A stretch of DNA of 64,000 nt from positions 23,250,001 through 23,314,000 of the forward strand of contig OZ024761.1 in the NCBI GenBank assembly GCA_964016885.1, read 5' to 3'. Both the position numbers and the translations under genes were made by a program. Shown piece after piece: positions 13,774 through 27,700 of the stretch; positions within the stretch are counted from its first letter, which is position 1, and each line of letters opens with the position of its first letter. The notes below the pieces were generated by a model that was given only the letters and a program-made list of their open reading frames with translations, searched no databases and had not been told where the DNA came from. The DNA comes from Eledone cirrhosa. Lineage: Eukaryota.

Positions 13774-13972
13774 AAAAAAAAATATATATAGATATGTGTA
13801 TCTGTGTGTATATATATAGATATGTGTGTGTGTATATATAGAGAGATATGTGTATCTGTGTATATATATATAGATATGTGTGTGTGTATATATATATAGA
13901 TATGTGTCTGTGTATATATATATATATATATATAGATATGTGTATCTGTGTATATATATATAGACATGAGTT

Positions 13973-14022
<50 letters not shown>

Positions 14023-14584
14023 TCATGCAATATATTGTATATTACGTATACATTCTCTTTAACAGAGACAATAAGTCGTAAACCTGACATAATTCTCTTT
14101 ACATCTTCCCGTCGTATTTATTTATTTATATTGTCTCAATTGAATATTTAATTATTTTTCTAACAATTTATTTATTTCCGTTTATTTCTGCCATTTATTC
14201 TTGTCATTCCATCAATCCGCTTTTTGCTATCTTTTTTTATTTTTATCGTTGTGCATTTGGTTCTGTCTAGGCGGATTTTCAGTAAATTTATGGACATTTT
14301 ACACCATTTTCTTTTTAAAATGATACCACCATTGTATATATAGGGTAGGTGCGTGAATGTATATTTAGTGTTATACAGGAGATCATAAAGGCGTGGGTTC
14401 GATTCCTAGATAGGCAGGTGTATGTTGTGTTCTTTACCAAAATTATTCATTTCACAAGGTTTTTCATGATGGGATTGGGCCATACCTTTCACTAATTGAG
14501 ATAGCCAAGACACTTTTAACAATATTCTAAGCTATAGAAGGCCAGGTAGCGTAAATTCGCATATGTTTCAGTTATGACCTAAAT

Positions 14585-14745
14585 ATAATTGTTTCTACTT
14601 TGGCCACAAGGCCAGCAATTACCCAGTGCATTACTGGTACTTTATTTTATCGACCCCCGTAAGGATGAAAGGCAAAGTTAACCTCGGCGGGGTCGTAACT
14701 CTTTGCTGCAAAACATGGCGTCCGACACTCTACCGATACTGCAAA
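14585..14745 (-). mobile_element. SINE, internally deleted
   Basis: Reverse complement of head, core and tail. Confidence 0.85.
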
Positions 14746-15095
14746 ATATAATGGAACTACGACGGAACTATATCAGTGAAACACACGGAGGAGAAACCTC
14801 CAATGAATTACAACCTCAGAGAATGCCAACTAAACTTGGAATTGTGTGAGTTGTAACAACATAACCGACATGATAGAACTAGGACCCCTATAATTAAAAC
14901 GATGAAGAAAATTCCTATTTATAGGAGGCCAAGTAAACCTGTATAGTGATGCGCTGTAATATTGTTTCCGTTCTCTAAACTGCTGTAGTTTTCTCATAGG
15001 TACCTAAAGATTATGAAAAAGTTATACATACATACATATATATGTGTATATACATATGTATGTGTATATATATCTATCTATATATATATATATAT

Positions 15096-15148
<53 letters not shown>

Positions 15149-15153
<5 letters not shown>

Positions 15154-15277
15154 ATAGGAACGAGTAGGACCCCGACGGCTGAGCTCAAGCCGTTTCGACG
15201 GCTAATTCTGGACTGAATACGCGCCCAGAATTAGCCGTCGAAACGGCTTGAGCTCAGCCGTCGGGGTCTTACTTGTT

Positions 15278-15282
<5 letters not shown>
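15149..15282. mobile_element. Fold-back element with ~58-bp arms and a 13-nt spacer
   Basis: Arms 15154-15211 and 15225-15282; inside (TA)n. Confidence 0.75.
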
Positions 15283-15376
<94 letters not shown>

Positions 15377-15529
15377 GAAAAAAAGATGAAATCGAAAATG
15401 CAACTGGAGTCTTTTTAAGAATATTTATTTGTTTCCTTTACCGGTTTCGCAGTTCTTATGCTTTTCAAAAGTAGAGTTGAGATGGAGGGTTTGCGGTTTT
15501 TCATATATATATGTGTACATATGTATGCA

Positions 15530-15566
<37 letters not shown>

Positions 15567-16015
15567 CAGTGTAGATTTATATATATATTTATATATATAT
15601 ATATATACATATGTATGCAGTGTATTTATATATATATATATACATATGTATGCAGTGTATATATATTTATAGATATATATATACATATGTATGCAATATA
15701 TATATCTATATATATAAATATTATACATATGTATGCAGTGTGTATATATACACACATATAGAGAGATATTTGCGTACATACAAAGATGGAAACTGACTAA
15801 CTATAGAAATGTACTTTTATCGGACTCAAAGAAAGTTTGGGAATGAATAACTTCCGGTTCATAAGATATAATATTTATGTTTTCAACAATACAAACATAT
15901 TTACCATTGTTATATATAGCATGTCTGTCTATATATATCGTGTGTGTATATATATATATACACACACACGTGTATACCTACACGCATGCACACACACATA
16001 TATATATGCATACAC

Positions 16016-16067
<52 letters not shown>

Positions 16068-16083
16068 ATATATATACATACAC

Positions 16084-16138
<55 letters not shown>

Positions 16139-16295
16139 CATACACATATATATACATACATATATATATATACACATATATATACATACACATATATATA
16201 TACACATATATATATACACATATATATACATACATATATATATATACATATATATATACACATATATATACATACATATATATATACACATATAT

Positions 16296-16398
<103 letters not shown>

Positions 16399-16409
16399 CA
16401 CACATATAT

Positions 16410-16450
<41 letters not shown>

Positions 16451-16452
<2 letters not shown>

Positions 16453-16634
16453 AAAAATTATGACCCGGACGGCAGAGCTCAAGCCGTTTCAACGGCTATC
16501 TGAAATAGCCGTCGAAACGGCTTGAGCTCTGCCGTCGGGGTCATAATTTTTCCTATTACCCACACTACTACCCTAAGTATTGAGTACTCTGGTGCGTTAT
16601 GGTCCATCTGGTTCCTTACCACAATTCCTTTGTT
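16451..16634 (+). mobile_element. Fold-back element with ~49-bp arms, 5-nt loop and ~80-bp unique arm
   Basis: Arms 16451-16499 and 16505-16552; flanked by (TA)n. Confidence 0.75.
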
Positions 16635-16645
16635 ATATATATACC

Positions 16646-16677
<32 letters not shown>

Positions 16678-16787
16678 TACACAGATATATATATATGCCT
16701 GATCGTTTGTACTACTATGGCTTCCTGTCACGTGATTTCCAGGTGGAGTGATGTAGGTGTTGGATAGTAGTAGTAGTAGTGGTGGCG

Positions 16788-16819
<32 letters not shown>

Positions 16820-16881
16820 GGTGGTAGTAGTAACTGTAAAGAAGTATGACTTTTATAACTGTTCGTTGTTGTAGTATATGG

Positions 16882-17345
16882 CAAGCATGTCAAACATGCG
16901 GCCCGCGATAACATGCAGTCTTTTACAAGCACACCTGCGACCCGCGGGCCACATGCAGTCTTTTACAAGCACACCTGCGACCCGCGGGCCACATGCAGTC
17001 TTTTACAAGCACACCTGCGACCCGCGATAACATGCAGTTTTTTACAAGCACACCTGCGACCCGCGGGCCACATGCAGTCTTTTACAAGCACACCTGCGAC
17101 CCGCGGTCCGCATGCAGTCTTTTACTAGCACACCTGCGACCCGCGGGCCGCATGCAGTCTTTTACAAGCACACCTGCGACCCGCGGTCCGCATGCAGTCT
17201 TTTACTAGCACACCTGCGACCCGCGGGCCACATGCAGTCTTTTACAAGCACACCTGCGACCCGCAGGTTCGCATGTAGTCTTTTACTAGCACACCTGCGA
17301 CCCGCAGGCCACATGGAGTCTTTTACAAGCACACCTGCGGCCCAC
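16882..17345 (+). repeat. 40-bp GC-rich minisatellite (about 11 copies) starting in a hAT/Charlie-like terminus
   Basis: Unit CACCTGCGACCCGCGGGCCACATGCAGTCTTTTACAAGCA; leader CAAGCATGTCAAACATGCGGCCCGCG. Confidence 0.85.
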
Positions 17346-17401
17346 ACAAAGCTTTTTACAGCATATTTTATCTTCGTAATATAAAATAAAATATAAATTA
17401 T

Positions 17402-17560
17402 GGAAGAGGAAGACCAAGGTTAACGTATGTTGATGCCCTAAGGACAGACACTGGTCTGTTGGAAACGCAGGACATGGCAGCGATAATGAGGGACAGAGAC
17501 CGCTGGAGAGAACTCGTCCATGGACCTCGGGAATTTTACCTGCCCTAGATGGATAGATAT
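17402..17560 (+). mobile_element. RTE-clade LINE 3' end
   Basis: Translates GRGRPRLTYVDALRTDTGLLETQDMAAIMRDRDRWRELVHGPREFYLP* with a short GATA-like tail. Confidence 0.75.
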
Positions 17561-17679
17561 ATACCAAGGTTACTGTGTTTGTGGAGATTAGCACTTTGTA
17601 TTCCATCTATAGTTCACTTTGTATTCTAGTTTAAATTGCTGGCTACCAGCAACACCTTCATCATTAACAGCATATTTAT

Positions 17680-18230
17680 CATCACACCGCCACCACACCA
17701 CTACCACCACCACCACACCACTACCACCACCACCACACCACCACCACCATACCACCACCACCACACTACCACCACCACACCACCACCACGACCACACTAC
17801 CACCACCACACCACCACCACCACCACCACCACCACCACCACACTACCACACTACCACACTACCACACTACCACACTACCACACTACCACCACACCACCAT
17901 ACCACCACCACCACCACACCACCACCACCACACCACCACACTACCACCACCACACTACCACCACCACACTACCACCACCACACTACCACCACCACACCAC
18001 CACACCACCACACTACCACACCACCACACCACCACCACACCACCACCACACCACCACCACCACCACACTACCACACTACCACACCACCACACCACCACCA
18101 CACCACCACCACACCACCACACCACCACCACACCACCACCACCACCACCACACCACCACCACCACCACCACCACCACCACTACCACACTACCACACCACC
18201 ACCACCACACCACCACCACACCACCACCAC
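17680..18230. repeat. (CAC)n/(CACCA)n simple repeat
   Basis: Direct inspection. Confidence 0.9.
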
Positions 18231-18704
18231 ATTTGTACACCATATATATTCTCCTAAGGAACCTCGCTAAAGACACACGCCACAGACACAATGTCTAACT
18301 CACAACGGAATGCTACAAAACGGCGCAGTTGTTTGATGGCAGCAATTTCCTGAACTTATTAGCTGATGATATACACACGCACGCGCTCACTCGCTCACTC
18401 ACGCGTACACATACACACGCGCACACATACACATGCGCACACATACACACACGCACCCATACACACACGCACCCATACACACACGCACCCATACACACAC
18501 GCACACAACACACATAGACAGATAGATAGATGTGTGTTTAAGTATTTTACAGGTTTTTATTGTATGTAAACTTCTCCCTTTGTATTGTCCCCTTCTTTTG
18601 TGCCCCTGTGGCTAATAAAGAAACATCTATCTATCTATGAATCTATCATATATATGTATCTATCTATATATTTATCTATCAATTCTATCTATAGTTCGGG
18701 ATTT

Positions 18705-20522
18705 CAGGAGCTGCGGTGAATGTAGAGTTATCCTTTAGTTGCTATCACTCCCAGGTTTGCTGTGGTGAATGTAAAGTTACCCCTCAGTCGTTATCACTCC
18801 CAGGTCTGCTGTGGTGAATGTAGAGTTACCTCTCAGTTGATATCTTTCCCAGGTCTGCTGTGGTGAATGTAGAGTTACCCCTTAGTTGCTATCACTCCCA
18901 GGTCTGCTGTGGTGAATGTAGAGTTACCATTAGTTGCTCTCACTCCAAGGTCTGCTGTGGCGAATGTAGAGTTACCCCTTAGTTGCTATCACTCCCAGGT
19001 CTGCTGTGGTGAATGTAAAGTTACCCCTCAGTTGGTATCACTCCCAGGTCTGCTGTGGTGAATGTAAAGTTACCCCTCAGTTGGTATCACTCCCAGGTTT
19101 GTTGTAGTGAATGTAGAGTGACCCCTCAGTCGTTATCACTCCCAGGTCTGCTGTGGTGAATGTAGAGTTACCCCTTTGTTATCACTCCCAGGTTTGCTGT
19201 GGTGAATGTAGAGTTGCCCCTTAGTTGCTATCACTCCCAGGTCTGCTGTGGTGAATGTAGAGTTGCCCCTTAGTTGCTATCACTCCCAGGTCTGCTGTGG
19301 TGAATGTAGAGTTACCCCTCTGTTGCTATCACTCCCAGGTTTGCTGTGGTGAATGTAGAGTTACCCCTCTGTTGCTATCACTCCCAGGTTTGCTGTGGTG
19401 AATGTAGAGTTACCCCTTAGTTGCTATCACTCCCAGGTCTGCTGTGGTGAATGTAGAGTTACCCCTTAGTTGCTATCACTCCCAGGTCTGCTGTGGTGAA
19501 TGTAGAGTTACCCCTTAGTTGCTATCACTCCCAGGTCTGCTGTGGTGAATGTACAGTTACCCCTCAGTTGCTATCACTCCCAGATCTGCTGTGGTGAATG
19601 TAGAGTTACCCCTCAGTTGCTATCACTCCCAGGTCTGCTGTGGTGAATGTAGAGTTACCCCTCAGTTGCTATCACTCCCAGGTCTGCTGTGGTGAATGTA
19701 GAGTTACCCCTCTGTTGTTATCACTCCCAGGTTTGCTGTGGTGAATGTAGAGTTACCCCTTAGTTGCTATCACTCCCAGGTCTGCTGTGGTGAATGTAAA
19801 GTTACCCCTCAGTTGGTATCACTCCCAGGTCTGCTGTGGTGAATGTAGAGTTACCTCTTAGTTGATATCTTTCCCAGGTCTGCTGTGGTGAATGTAGAGT
19901 TACCCCTTAGTTGCTATCACTCCCAGGTCTGCTGTGGTGAATGTAGAGTTACCATTAGTTGCTCTCACTCCAAGGTCTGCTGTGGCGAATGTAGAGTTAC
20001 CCCTTAGTTGCTATCACTCCCAGGTCTGCTGTGGTGAATGTAAAGTTACCCATCAGTTGGTATCACTCCCAGGTCTGCTGTGGTGAATGTAAAGTTACCC
20101 CTCAGTTGGTATCACTCCCAGGTTTGTTGTAGTGAATGTAGAGTGACCCCTCAGTCGTTATCACTCCCAGGTCTGCTGTGGTGAATGTAGAGTTACACCT
20201 TAGTTGCTATCACTCCCAGGTCTGCTGTGGTGAATGTAGAGTTACCCCTTTGTTATCACTCCCAGGTTTGCTGTGGTGAATGTAGAGTTGCCCCTTAGTT
20301 GCTATCACTCCCAGGTCTGCTGTGGTGAATGTAGAGTTACCCCTTAGTTGCTATCACTCCCAGGTCTGCTGTGGTGAATGTACAGTTACCCCTCAGTTGC
20401 TATCACTCCCAGGTCTGCTGTGGTGAATGTAGAGTTACCCCTCTGTTGTTATCACTCCCAGGTCTGCTGTGGTGAATGTAGAGTTACCCCTTAGTTGCTA
20501 TCACTCCCAGGTCTGATGTGGC
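18705..20522. repeat. 49-bp tandem array (about 37 copies)
   Basis: Unit GGTCTGCTGTGGTGAATGTAGAGTTACCCCTTAGTTGCTATCACTCCCA. Confidence 0.95.
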
Positions 20523-21180
20523 TCTCTGTTAGGGCCCTATTTCTGGGTTAAATAATTACCTAGATCTCTCTCTCTTTCGCTCTCTCGCGCTCTCTCTCAC
20601 ATACCTCAATGTATTATGTTGCAAAATAGAACCATTTGACAGGAAATAAGTGAAATAACTACACATACATTCGCATATACATATATATTCACATACACAC
20701 ATACATTGATCCATACATTCACATAGACATACATTCACATATACATATATATTCACATACACACATACATTGATCCATACAGACATACATTGATCCATAC
20801 AGACATACATTCGTATACATTCATATTCATATACACATATGCATTCATATATACAGATGCATTCACATACACGAATATAGCTAGATAGAGATCTACACGC
20901 TAATACGCATGCATATAGATGGACAAAAACACAGTAGAAAAAGCTGTAGAAGATATGAAAAAGTAGTAACAGCTGCCGACATATCGGAAGTCCAAACAAA
21001 AACCTCGATGATCTGCTAAAAACTTGTAGTCACAAAGAACAAACAGAAAATGGCGTCTCCGATTTAGAAACGGCTGGAGCCTCGTTTTCACTTCTTGATG
21101 CAATATTGACGAAGAAAATATTAGGATTTAATGTTACAATGGCTGTTCGTTGTTTTCAAATGTTTTATTGGGATTATTTG

Positions 21181-21216
<36 letters not shown>

Positions 21217-21242
21217 TATTTGTGTTTCTTTTAAGTGTGGTC

Positions 21243-23715
21243 TCTCTTCCCCTCTAACTCTTCCCCTCTAACTCTTCCCCTCTAACTCTTCCCCTCTAAC
21301 GCTTCCCCTCTAACGCTTCCCCTCTAACGCTTCCCCTCTAACGCTTTCCCTCTAACGCTTCCCCTCTAACGCTTTCCCTCTAACGCTTTCCCTCTAACGC
21401 TTCCCCTCTAACGCTTCCCCTCTAACGCTTCCCCTCTAACGCTTTCTCTCTCTAACGCTTTCTCTCTCTAACGCTTTCTCTCTCTCTCCTCTCTAACGCT
21501 TTCTCTCTCTCGCTCCTCCCTCCCTTTCCTTCCTCCTCCCTCTCTCTTCCCTCCCTTTCCTTCCTCCTCCCTCTCTCTTCCCTCCCTCTCTCTTCCCTCC
21601 CTCCTCCCTTCCTTCCTCCCTTCCTTCCTCCCTTCCTTCCTCCCTCCCTTCCTCCTCCCTCCCTTCCTCCTCCCTCCCTCTCCTCTCTTCCCTCCCTCCC
21701 CTCTTCTTCCTCCCTCCCCTCTTCCTCCTCCCTCCCCTCTCCTCTCCTCCCACTCCTCTCCTCCCTCTCCTCTCCTCCCTCTCCTCTCCTCTCCTCTCCC
21801 CTTCCTCCCTCCCCTCCCTTCCTTCCTCTCCCCCTTCCTTCATGCCTCCCTCTCCTCTCTTTACTCCCTCCCTCCCTTCCTCCCTCTCCTTCCATCCCTT
21901 CCTTCCTCCCTTCCTCCCTCCTTTCCCTTCCATCCTCCCTTTCCTCCCTCCATCCCTCCCTCTCCTCCCTCCCTCTCCTCCCTCCCTCTCCTCCCTCCCT
22001 TTCCTTCCTTCCTTTCTCCCTCCCTTTCTCCTCCCCCTCTCCTCTTCCTCCGCCCTCTCCTCTCCCCCTCTCCTCTTCCTCCGCCCTCTCCTCTCCCCTT
22101 CCTTCTTTCCTCCCTCTTCTCCTTTCCTCCCCCTCCCTCTCCCCCCTTCCTTCATCCCTCCCTCTCCTCTCTTTACTTCCTCCCTCCTTTCCTCCCTCTC
22201 CTTCCTTTCCTTCCTCCCTTTCCTTCCTCCTCCCTCTCTCTTCCCTCCCTCCCTCCTCCTCCTTCCTCCCTCTCCTCCCTCTCCTCCCTCTCCTCTCCTC
22301 TCCCTCCCTCCTTTCCCTTCCATCCTCCCTTTCCTCCCTTTCCTCCCTCCCTCCCTCCCTCCCTCTCCTCCCTCCCTCCCTCCCTCTCCTCCCTCCCTCT
22401 CTCCCTCTCTCCCTCCCTCCCTCACTCTCTCCTCCCTCCCTCCCTCCCTCCCTCCCTCACTCTCCTCCCTTCCCTTCCTCCCTTCCTCCCTCTCCTCCCT
22501 CCCTCTCCTCCCTTCCTCCCTCTCCTCCCTCTCCTCCCTTCCTCCCTCTCCTCCCTTCCTCCCTCTCCTCCCTTCCTCCCTCTCCTCCCTTCCTCCCTCT
22601 CCTCCCTCTCCTCCCTCTCCTCCCTTCCTCCCTCTCCTCCCTCTCCTCCCTCTCCTTCCTTCCTTCCTCCCTTCCTTCCTTCCTCCCTTCCTCCCTCCCT
22701 TCCTTCCTCCCTCCCTCCCTTCCTCCCTTCCTTCCTTCCTTCCTTCCTTCCTCCCTTCCTCCCTTCCTTCCTTCCTTCCTCCCTCCCTTCCTTCCTTCCT
22801 CCCTCCCTTCCTCCCTTCCTTCCTCCCTCCCTTCCTTCCTCCCTCCCTTCCTTCCTCCCTTCCTTCCTTCCTTCCTTCCTTCCTTCCTTCCTTCCTTCCT
22901 TCCTTCCTTCCTCCCTTCTTTCCTTCCTCCCTTCCTTCCTCCCTTCCTTCCTTCCTTCCTTCCTTCCTTCCTTCCTTCCTTCCTTCCTCCCTCCCTCCCT
23001 CCCTTCCTTCCTTCCTTCCTTCCTTCCTTCCTCCCTCCCTTCCTTCCTCCCTCCCTTCCTCCCTCCCTTCCTTCCTTCCTCCCTCCCTTCCTTCCTTCCT
23101 CCCTCCCTTCCTCCCTTCCTCCCTCCCTTCCTTCCTTCCTCCCTTCCTTCCTTCCTTCCTCCCTTCCTCCCTCCCTTCCTTCCTTCCTTCCTTCCTCCCT
23201 TCCTTCCTTCCTTCCTTCCTTCCTTCCTTCCTTCCTTCCTTCCTTCCTCCCTTCCTTCCTCCCTTCCTCCCTCCCTTCCTCCCTCCCTTCCTTCCTCCCT
23301 TCCTTCCTTCCTCCCTCCCTCCCTCCCTCTCTCCCTTCCTTGCTTCCTTCCTCCCTCCCTCTCTCCCTTCCTTGCTTCCTTCCTTTCCTTCCTCCCTCCC
23401 TCCCTCCCTTTCCTTTCCTTTCCTTCCTTCCCTCCCTCCCTTTCTTCCTTCCCTCCCTCCCTCCCTTTCTTCCCTCCCTCCCTCCCTCCCTCCCTCCCTC
23501 CCTCCCTCCCTTTCTTCCCTCCCTTTCTTCCCTCCCTCCCTCCCTCCCTTTCTTCCCTCCCTCCCTCCCTCCCTTTCTTCCCTCCCTCCCTCCCTCCCTT
23601 TCTTCCCTCCCTCCCTCCCTCCCTTTCTTCCCTCCCTCCCTCCCTCCCTTTCTTCCCTCCCTCCCTCCCTCCCTTTCTTCCTTCCCTTCCTTTCTTCCTT
23701 CTCCCCCCTCCCTCC
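21243..23715. repeat. 14-bp repeat (CTTCCCCTCTAACG) grading into a ~2.2-kb polypyrimidine (CCTT/CCCT)n tract
   Basis: Direct inspection. Confidence 0.9.
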
Positions 23716-25239
23716 ACATATAGATAGCTACATAGTTGTAAGTTATCGACCCCCCCCCCCACACGTATTGCAGGCCTTGTGCCTAAAGCATAAACTGTTG
23801 TCGTTGATGTTATTAGTTATCAGGATTTCGTGGTTGGGTGTCTAGAAAACATTTGAAACATAATAGTATCAGAGTTCAGAGAAGATTTGTGACTTTACAC
23901 GTGGTTTGACGAGATCTTGTACAATGATATATACACAAGGTCTCACACATATATATGTGTATGTGCCTGTACGACCTTGTGTGTGTGAATATATAGTCAT
24001 TTTACACAGGCACATATACAAACCGATATATATGTACACACACAAACGCAGATGAGATTACAATATAATACATGTCGGATTTAAACATACATCATTACAT
24101 CGCAATAAAGTTTAAACTATATAAATCTATAGAGGTTGTTATAAATTATAGTTCCTTTGCCAGAATAGCGAATAATTTCCATATCTTCCGAGTAAATTAT
24201 GGATAATTCATTGAAAAATATACATTCAGATGAGTAGGACACATTAAGTAAACTTTCTAATCCGTTGTTTACTGTTTAAAACTGTCACTTGTAAAATTTA
24301 ACCGCCATGTTATGTTTGTCGGCCATTTTGTGGTCTGTAATTTCTCCCTGGGGTTGTTTGTTGAAGATAAATTCACGTTTGATGGGAAGTGTAAATATCT
24401 TTCCAAGCCAATAGGTCAGTTATGTTTCATTTTTGTCATATGTATATATATATATATACATTTGTGTGAGTGTGTAGATATATAAATTTGTGTGCGTATA
24501 TATATATATATTGTTTGTGTGATTTCTTTTCTCGTGGTTGAAATTTTATGCCATGGCGATTAATCCGGGGATTAGTTGCTCCGTCGCAAAAGGAGAATCG
24601 TGACAAAATAGTAATTCATTTACTGTTTACTATTGAGGCGTATCCATTACAAACTTCACGTTTAGACTACGTAACCTAACACGTGTTTTCCTCTCTATAT
24701 ACATATTTCATCCTTTCTTTTTATCATTCCTAATATCATCACTTCTCTTTTTCTTTCCATTCTCCGATGAAGTACGTACGTCAGAAACGTTAAATCGCTT
24801 TCTCTAGTGATGATGTAGAATCTACATTGTAGATGGTTAAAGTGTCGGGTGGTGGTAATCGTGGTGGTGGTGGTGGCGGAGGTTGTGGTGGTTGTGATGG
24901 GGATGTTGGTGAAGATAGGGATATTGGTGATGGGTGTGTAGTGGTACATGCTGTTGTTGTTGTGGGGGCGGCGGCAGTGGTGGTTGGGGTTGATGATGGG
25001 TGCTGCTGGTTGTGGTGGTGAGGATTGTTTATACTGGTGGTAGTAATAGTAGTAATAGTTGTTGTGGGGAGGGGTGGGGCTGGTAGCCATGGAAATAAAG
25101 GATGGAAAAGATACATTAGTGGTTGCCATAGAAACAATAATCAACCCCCCTCTCTCAATGTTTCCCTATTATTCAAAAAAGCAGATTTAAATTAAAAACA
25201 AACAAGATCACCCCCACTACCGCTTTAACACTTAATGCT

Positions 25240-25785
25240 ACACCACACCACCATGCACTACACCACACCACACCACACCACCATGCACTACACCACCACT
25301 ATCATCATCAACGTTATTAAAATCACTATTGCCCAGTGCCACCTTTATAACCATTAATACCACCGCCTCCATCACCACCGCCTCCATCACCACCACCACT
25401 TCCACTACCACCACTTCCACCACCACCACTTCCACTACCACCACTTCCACCACCACCACTTCCACTACCACCACCACCACTTCCACCACCACCACTTCCA
25501 CCACCTCCATCTTCACCACCACCACTTCCTTCACCACCTCCATCACCACCGCTTCCATAACCACCACCGCTTCCATAACCACCACCGCTTCCATAACCAC
25601 CACCACCATCACCATCACCACCACCACCACCACCACCATCACCACCACCACCACCACCACCACCATCACCACCACCACCATCACCACCATCACCACCACC
25701 ACCATCACCACCACCACCATCACCACCACCACCATCACCACCACTTCCTTCACCACCGCCTCCACCACCACCACCACCACCACGT
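25240..25785. repeat. (CAC)n degenerate repeat
   Basis: Direct inspection. Confidence 0.85.
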
Positions 25786-25906
25786 CAACAACTTCGGTCA
25801 TTCACATCTTTATTGCTGATAGAAATAACTAATTATTATTGCTGCTGTTGTTATAATAAATTGTAAATATAAGAATAACATGGCCCCTGGGGCCAATAAA
25901 GAAAGC

Positions 25907-26485
25907 ATTATTATTATCATTATTATCATTATTATCATTATCATTATCATCATTATTATTATTATCATTATTATCATTATTATTATTATTCTTTGAGTCT
26001 CAGTCATTGATGTTTGTTGAAATGAATATCAAGCCACTACCTGCAGCCTCAGATATTCAGGACGTATCGGAGGGTTCTTGCTGTTCCCAGCAAGCATGCC
26101 TTTTGAAGCGTTCCAAAGAGCGTGAAGGGGCCAATTTTCTTTAACCATCCCTGGAAACTTTTTGAGATAGTACCTAGTGCGCCTATGACAATCGGGACGA
26201 CCTTGACTTCATGGCAGTTCCAAATCCTTTTTACCTCCCACTTTAAGTCCTGGTATCGGTTAATTTTCTCCCTCTCCTTCTCTTGCACTCTCGTGTCGAA
26301 TGGGCAGGCCACATCCACAATCAGGCACGATCTTTTTTCTTTGTCCACAACCACCAGGTCAGGTCTATTGTGTTCCAGTTTCTTGTCCGCCTGTATCCTA
26401 AAATCCCACAGCACCTTCACCTGATCGTTTTCTATCACCGACTCTGGCTTATGCTCATACCACTTCTCAGAATGTGGTAAATTGT
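25907..26485 (-). mobile_element. 5'-truncated R4/Dong-like non-LTR retrotransposon: restriction-like endonuclease domain, 3' UTR and (TAA/TGA)n tail
   Basis: ORF 26049-26438, extended upstream, reads KWYEHKPESVIEN..LWDF.IQ.D..HNRPDLVVVDK..IVDVACP..KINRYQDL..VVPIVIGALG..LQKACLLGTA, a PD-(D/E)xK RLE signature. Confidence 0.9.
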
Positions 26486-26510
26486 TTTCATTATTATCGT
26501 TATTATCATT

Positions 26511-26930
26511 ATGCTTTGACGTATAGAGTTACGGCCCTTGCCATTCTGAGTTCAAATCCCGCTGAGGTTAACTTTGCCTTTCATCCTTACGGGGTTGATA
26601 AAATAAAGTACCAGTAGTGTACTGGGTAATTGCTGGCCTTGTGCCAAAAGTAGAAACAATTATTATTATTATATATGTGGTGGATTGGCAGTATCGGTAG
26701 AAGGTCTGACGCCATGCTTTGACGCATAGAGTTACGGCCCTTTTCATTCTGAGTTCAAATCCCGCCGAGGTTAACTTTGCCTTTCGTCCTTACAGGATCG
26801 ATAAAATAAAGTACCAGTAATACACTGGAATAATTGCTGGCCTTGTGCCAAAAGTAGAAACAATTATTATTATTAAAGTAAGATTGGCAGTATCGGTAGA
26901 GGGTTGGACGCCATGCTTTGCAGCATAGAG
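26511..26930 (+). mobile_element. Tandem SINE cluster (partial, full, 5' fragment)
   Basis: A box TGGCAGTATCGG, B box GAGTTCAAATCC, core and (TTA)n tails. Confidence 0.9.
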
Positions 26931-27700
26931 TGGTGGTGGTGTTGGTGTTGGTGACGATAGGAGGCGGGGCTGAAATCGATAAGATTGATCGATACTAGCG
27001 CCATAAAGCTAATCTATAAAAATGTCTTTTGAGATTACACGACAGAATATTGTCTTCAGATCCTGTGATCCTCGTCTCAGACAAAAGGAATGGTTTAGGG
27101 GAACTGAGATGAGGACTAGAGGGTGGCGGGGTGGAGGATAATACTGTGGTCGTAAGGGATCGGAGCCTTGAGTGTGTATGGTAAGGGTGGTGTAGGTACG
27201 GGAGTTGAAGGGATGGTAGAGGATTATAATGGAGGTGTGGTGGGGTTCTACCAATAACTTTGTGTGTGTATATATATATGTATGTATATATATATATATG
27301 TATATATGTATGTATATATATATATGTATATATGTATGTATATATACATATATGTATGTATATATTATGTATATATACATATATGTATGTATAAATTATG
27401 TATATATACATATATGTATGTATATGTATGTATATATTATGTATATATACATATATGTATGTATATGTATGTATATATTATGTATATATACATATATGTA
27501 TGTATATGTATGTATATGTATGTATATATTATGTATATATACATATATGTATGTATATGTATGTATATATTATGTATATATACATATATATTATGTATAT
27601 ATACATGTATGTATGTGTATATATACATATATATTATGTATATATACATGTATGTATGTATATATATATATATATATGTATGTATATATACATATATGTA

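Noticed and set aside
14380-14460. B-box GGTTCGATTCC as a tRNA or SINE
   Set aside because: Too degenerate to call; probably an old SINE remnant
14750-14852. Short ORF MELRRNYISETHGG.. ending at a GTGAGT donor
   Set aside because: No recognisable homology or downstream exon; compatible with chance
16500-16530. Hammerhead within the fold-back family (CTGAAAT..GAAAC)
   Set aside because: No CUGANGA core, no NUH triplet and no stem I
21243-21500. Telomere-like repeat
   Set aside because: The unit CTTCCCCTCTAACG is not (CCCTAA)n
24301-24420. Kozak-like ACCGCCATG with a downstream GTCAGT donor
   Set aside because: The ATG frame stops just before the donor, no recognisable peptide, no partner exons
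26676-26770. tRNA gene from A/B boxes
   Set aside because: It is the head of a multi-copy SINE; no convincing cloverleaf or terminator
27020-27255. Possible PLE post-RT fragment (ILYHPFN, minus strand)
   Set aside because: Only one short motif; too weak without an alignment
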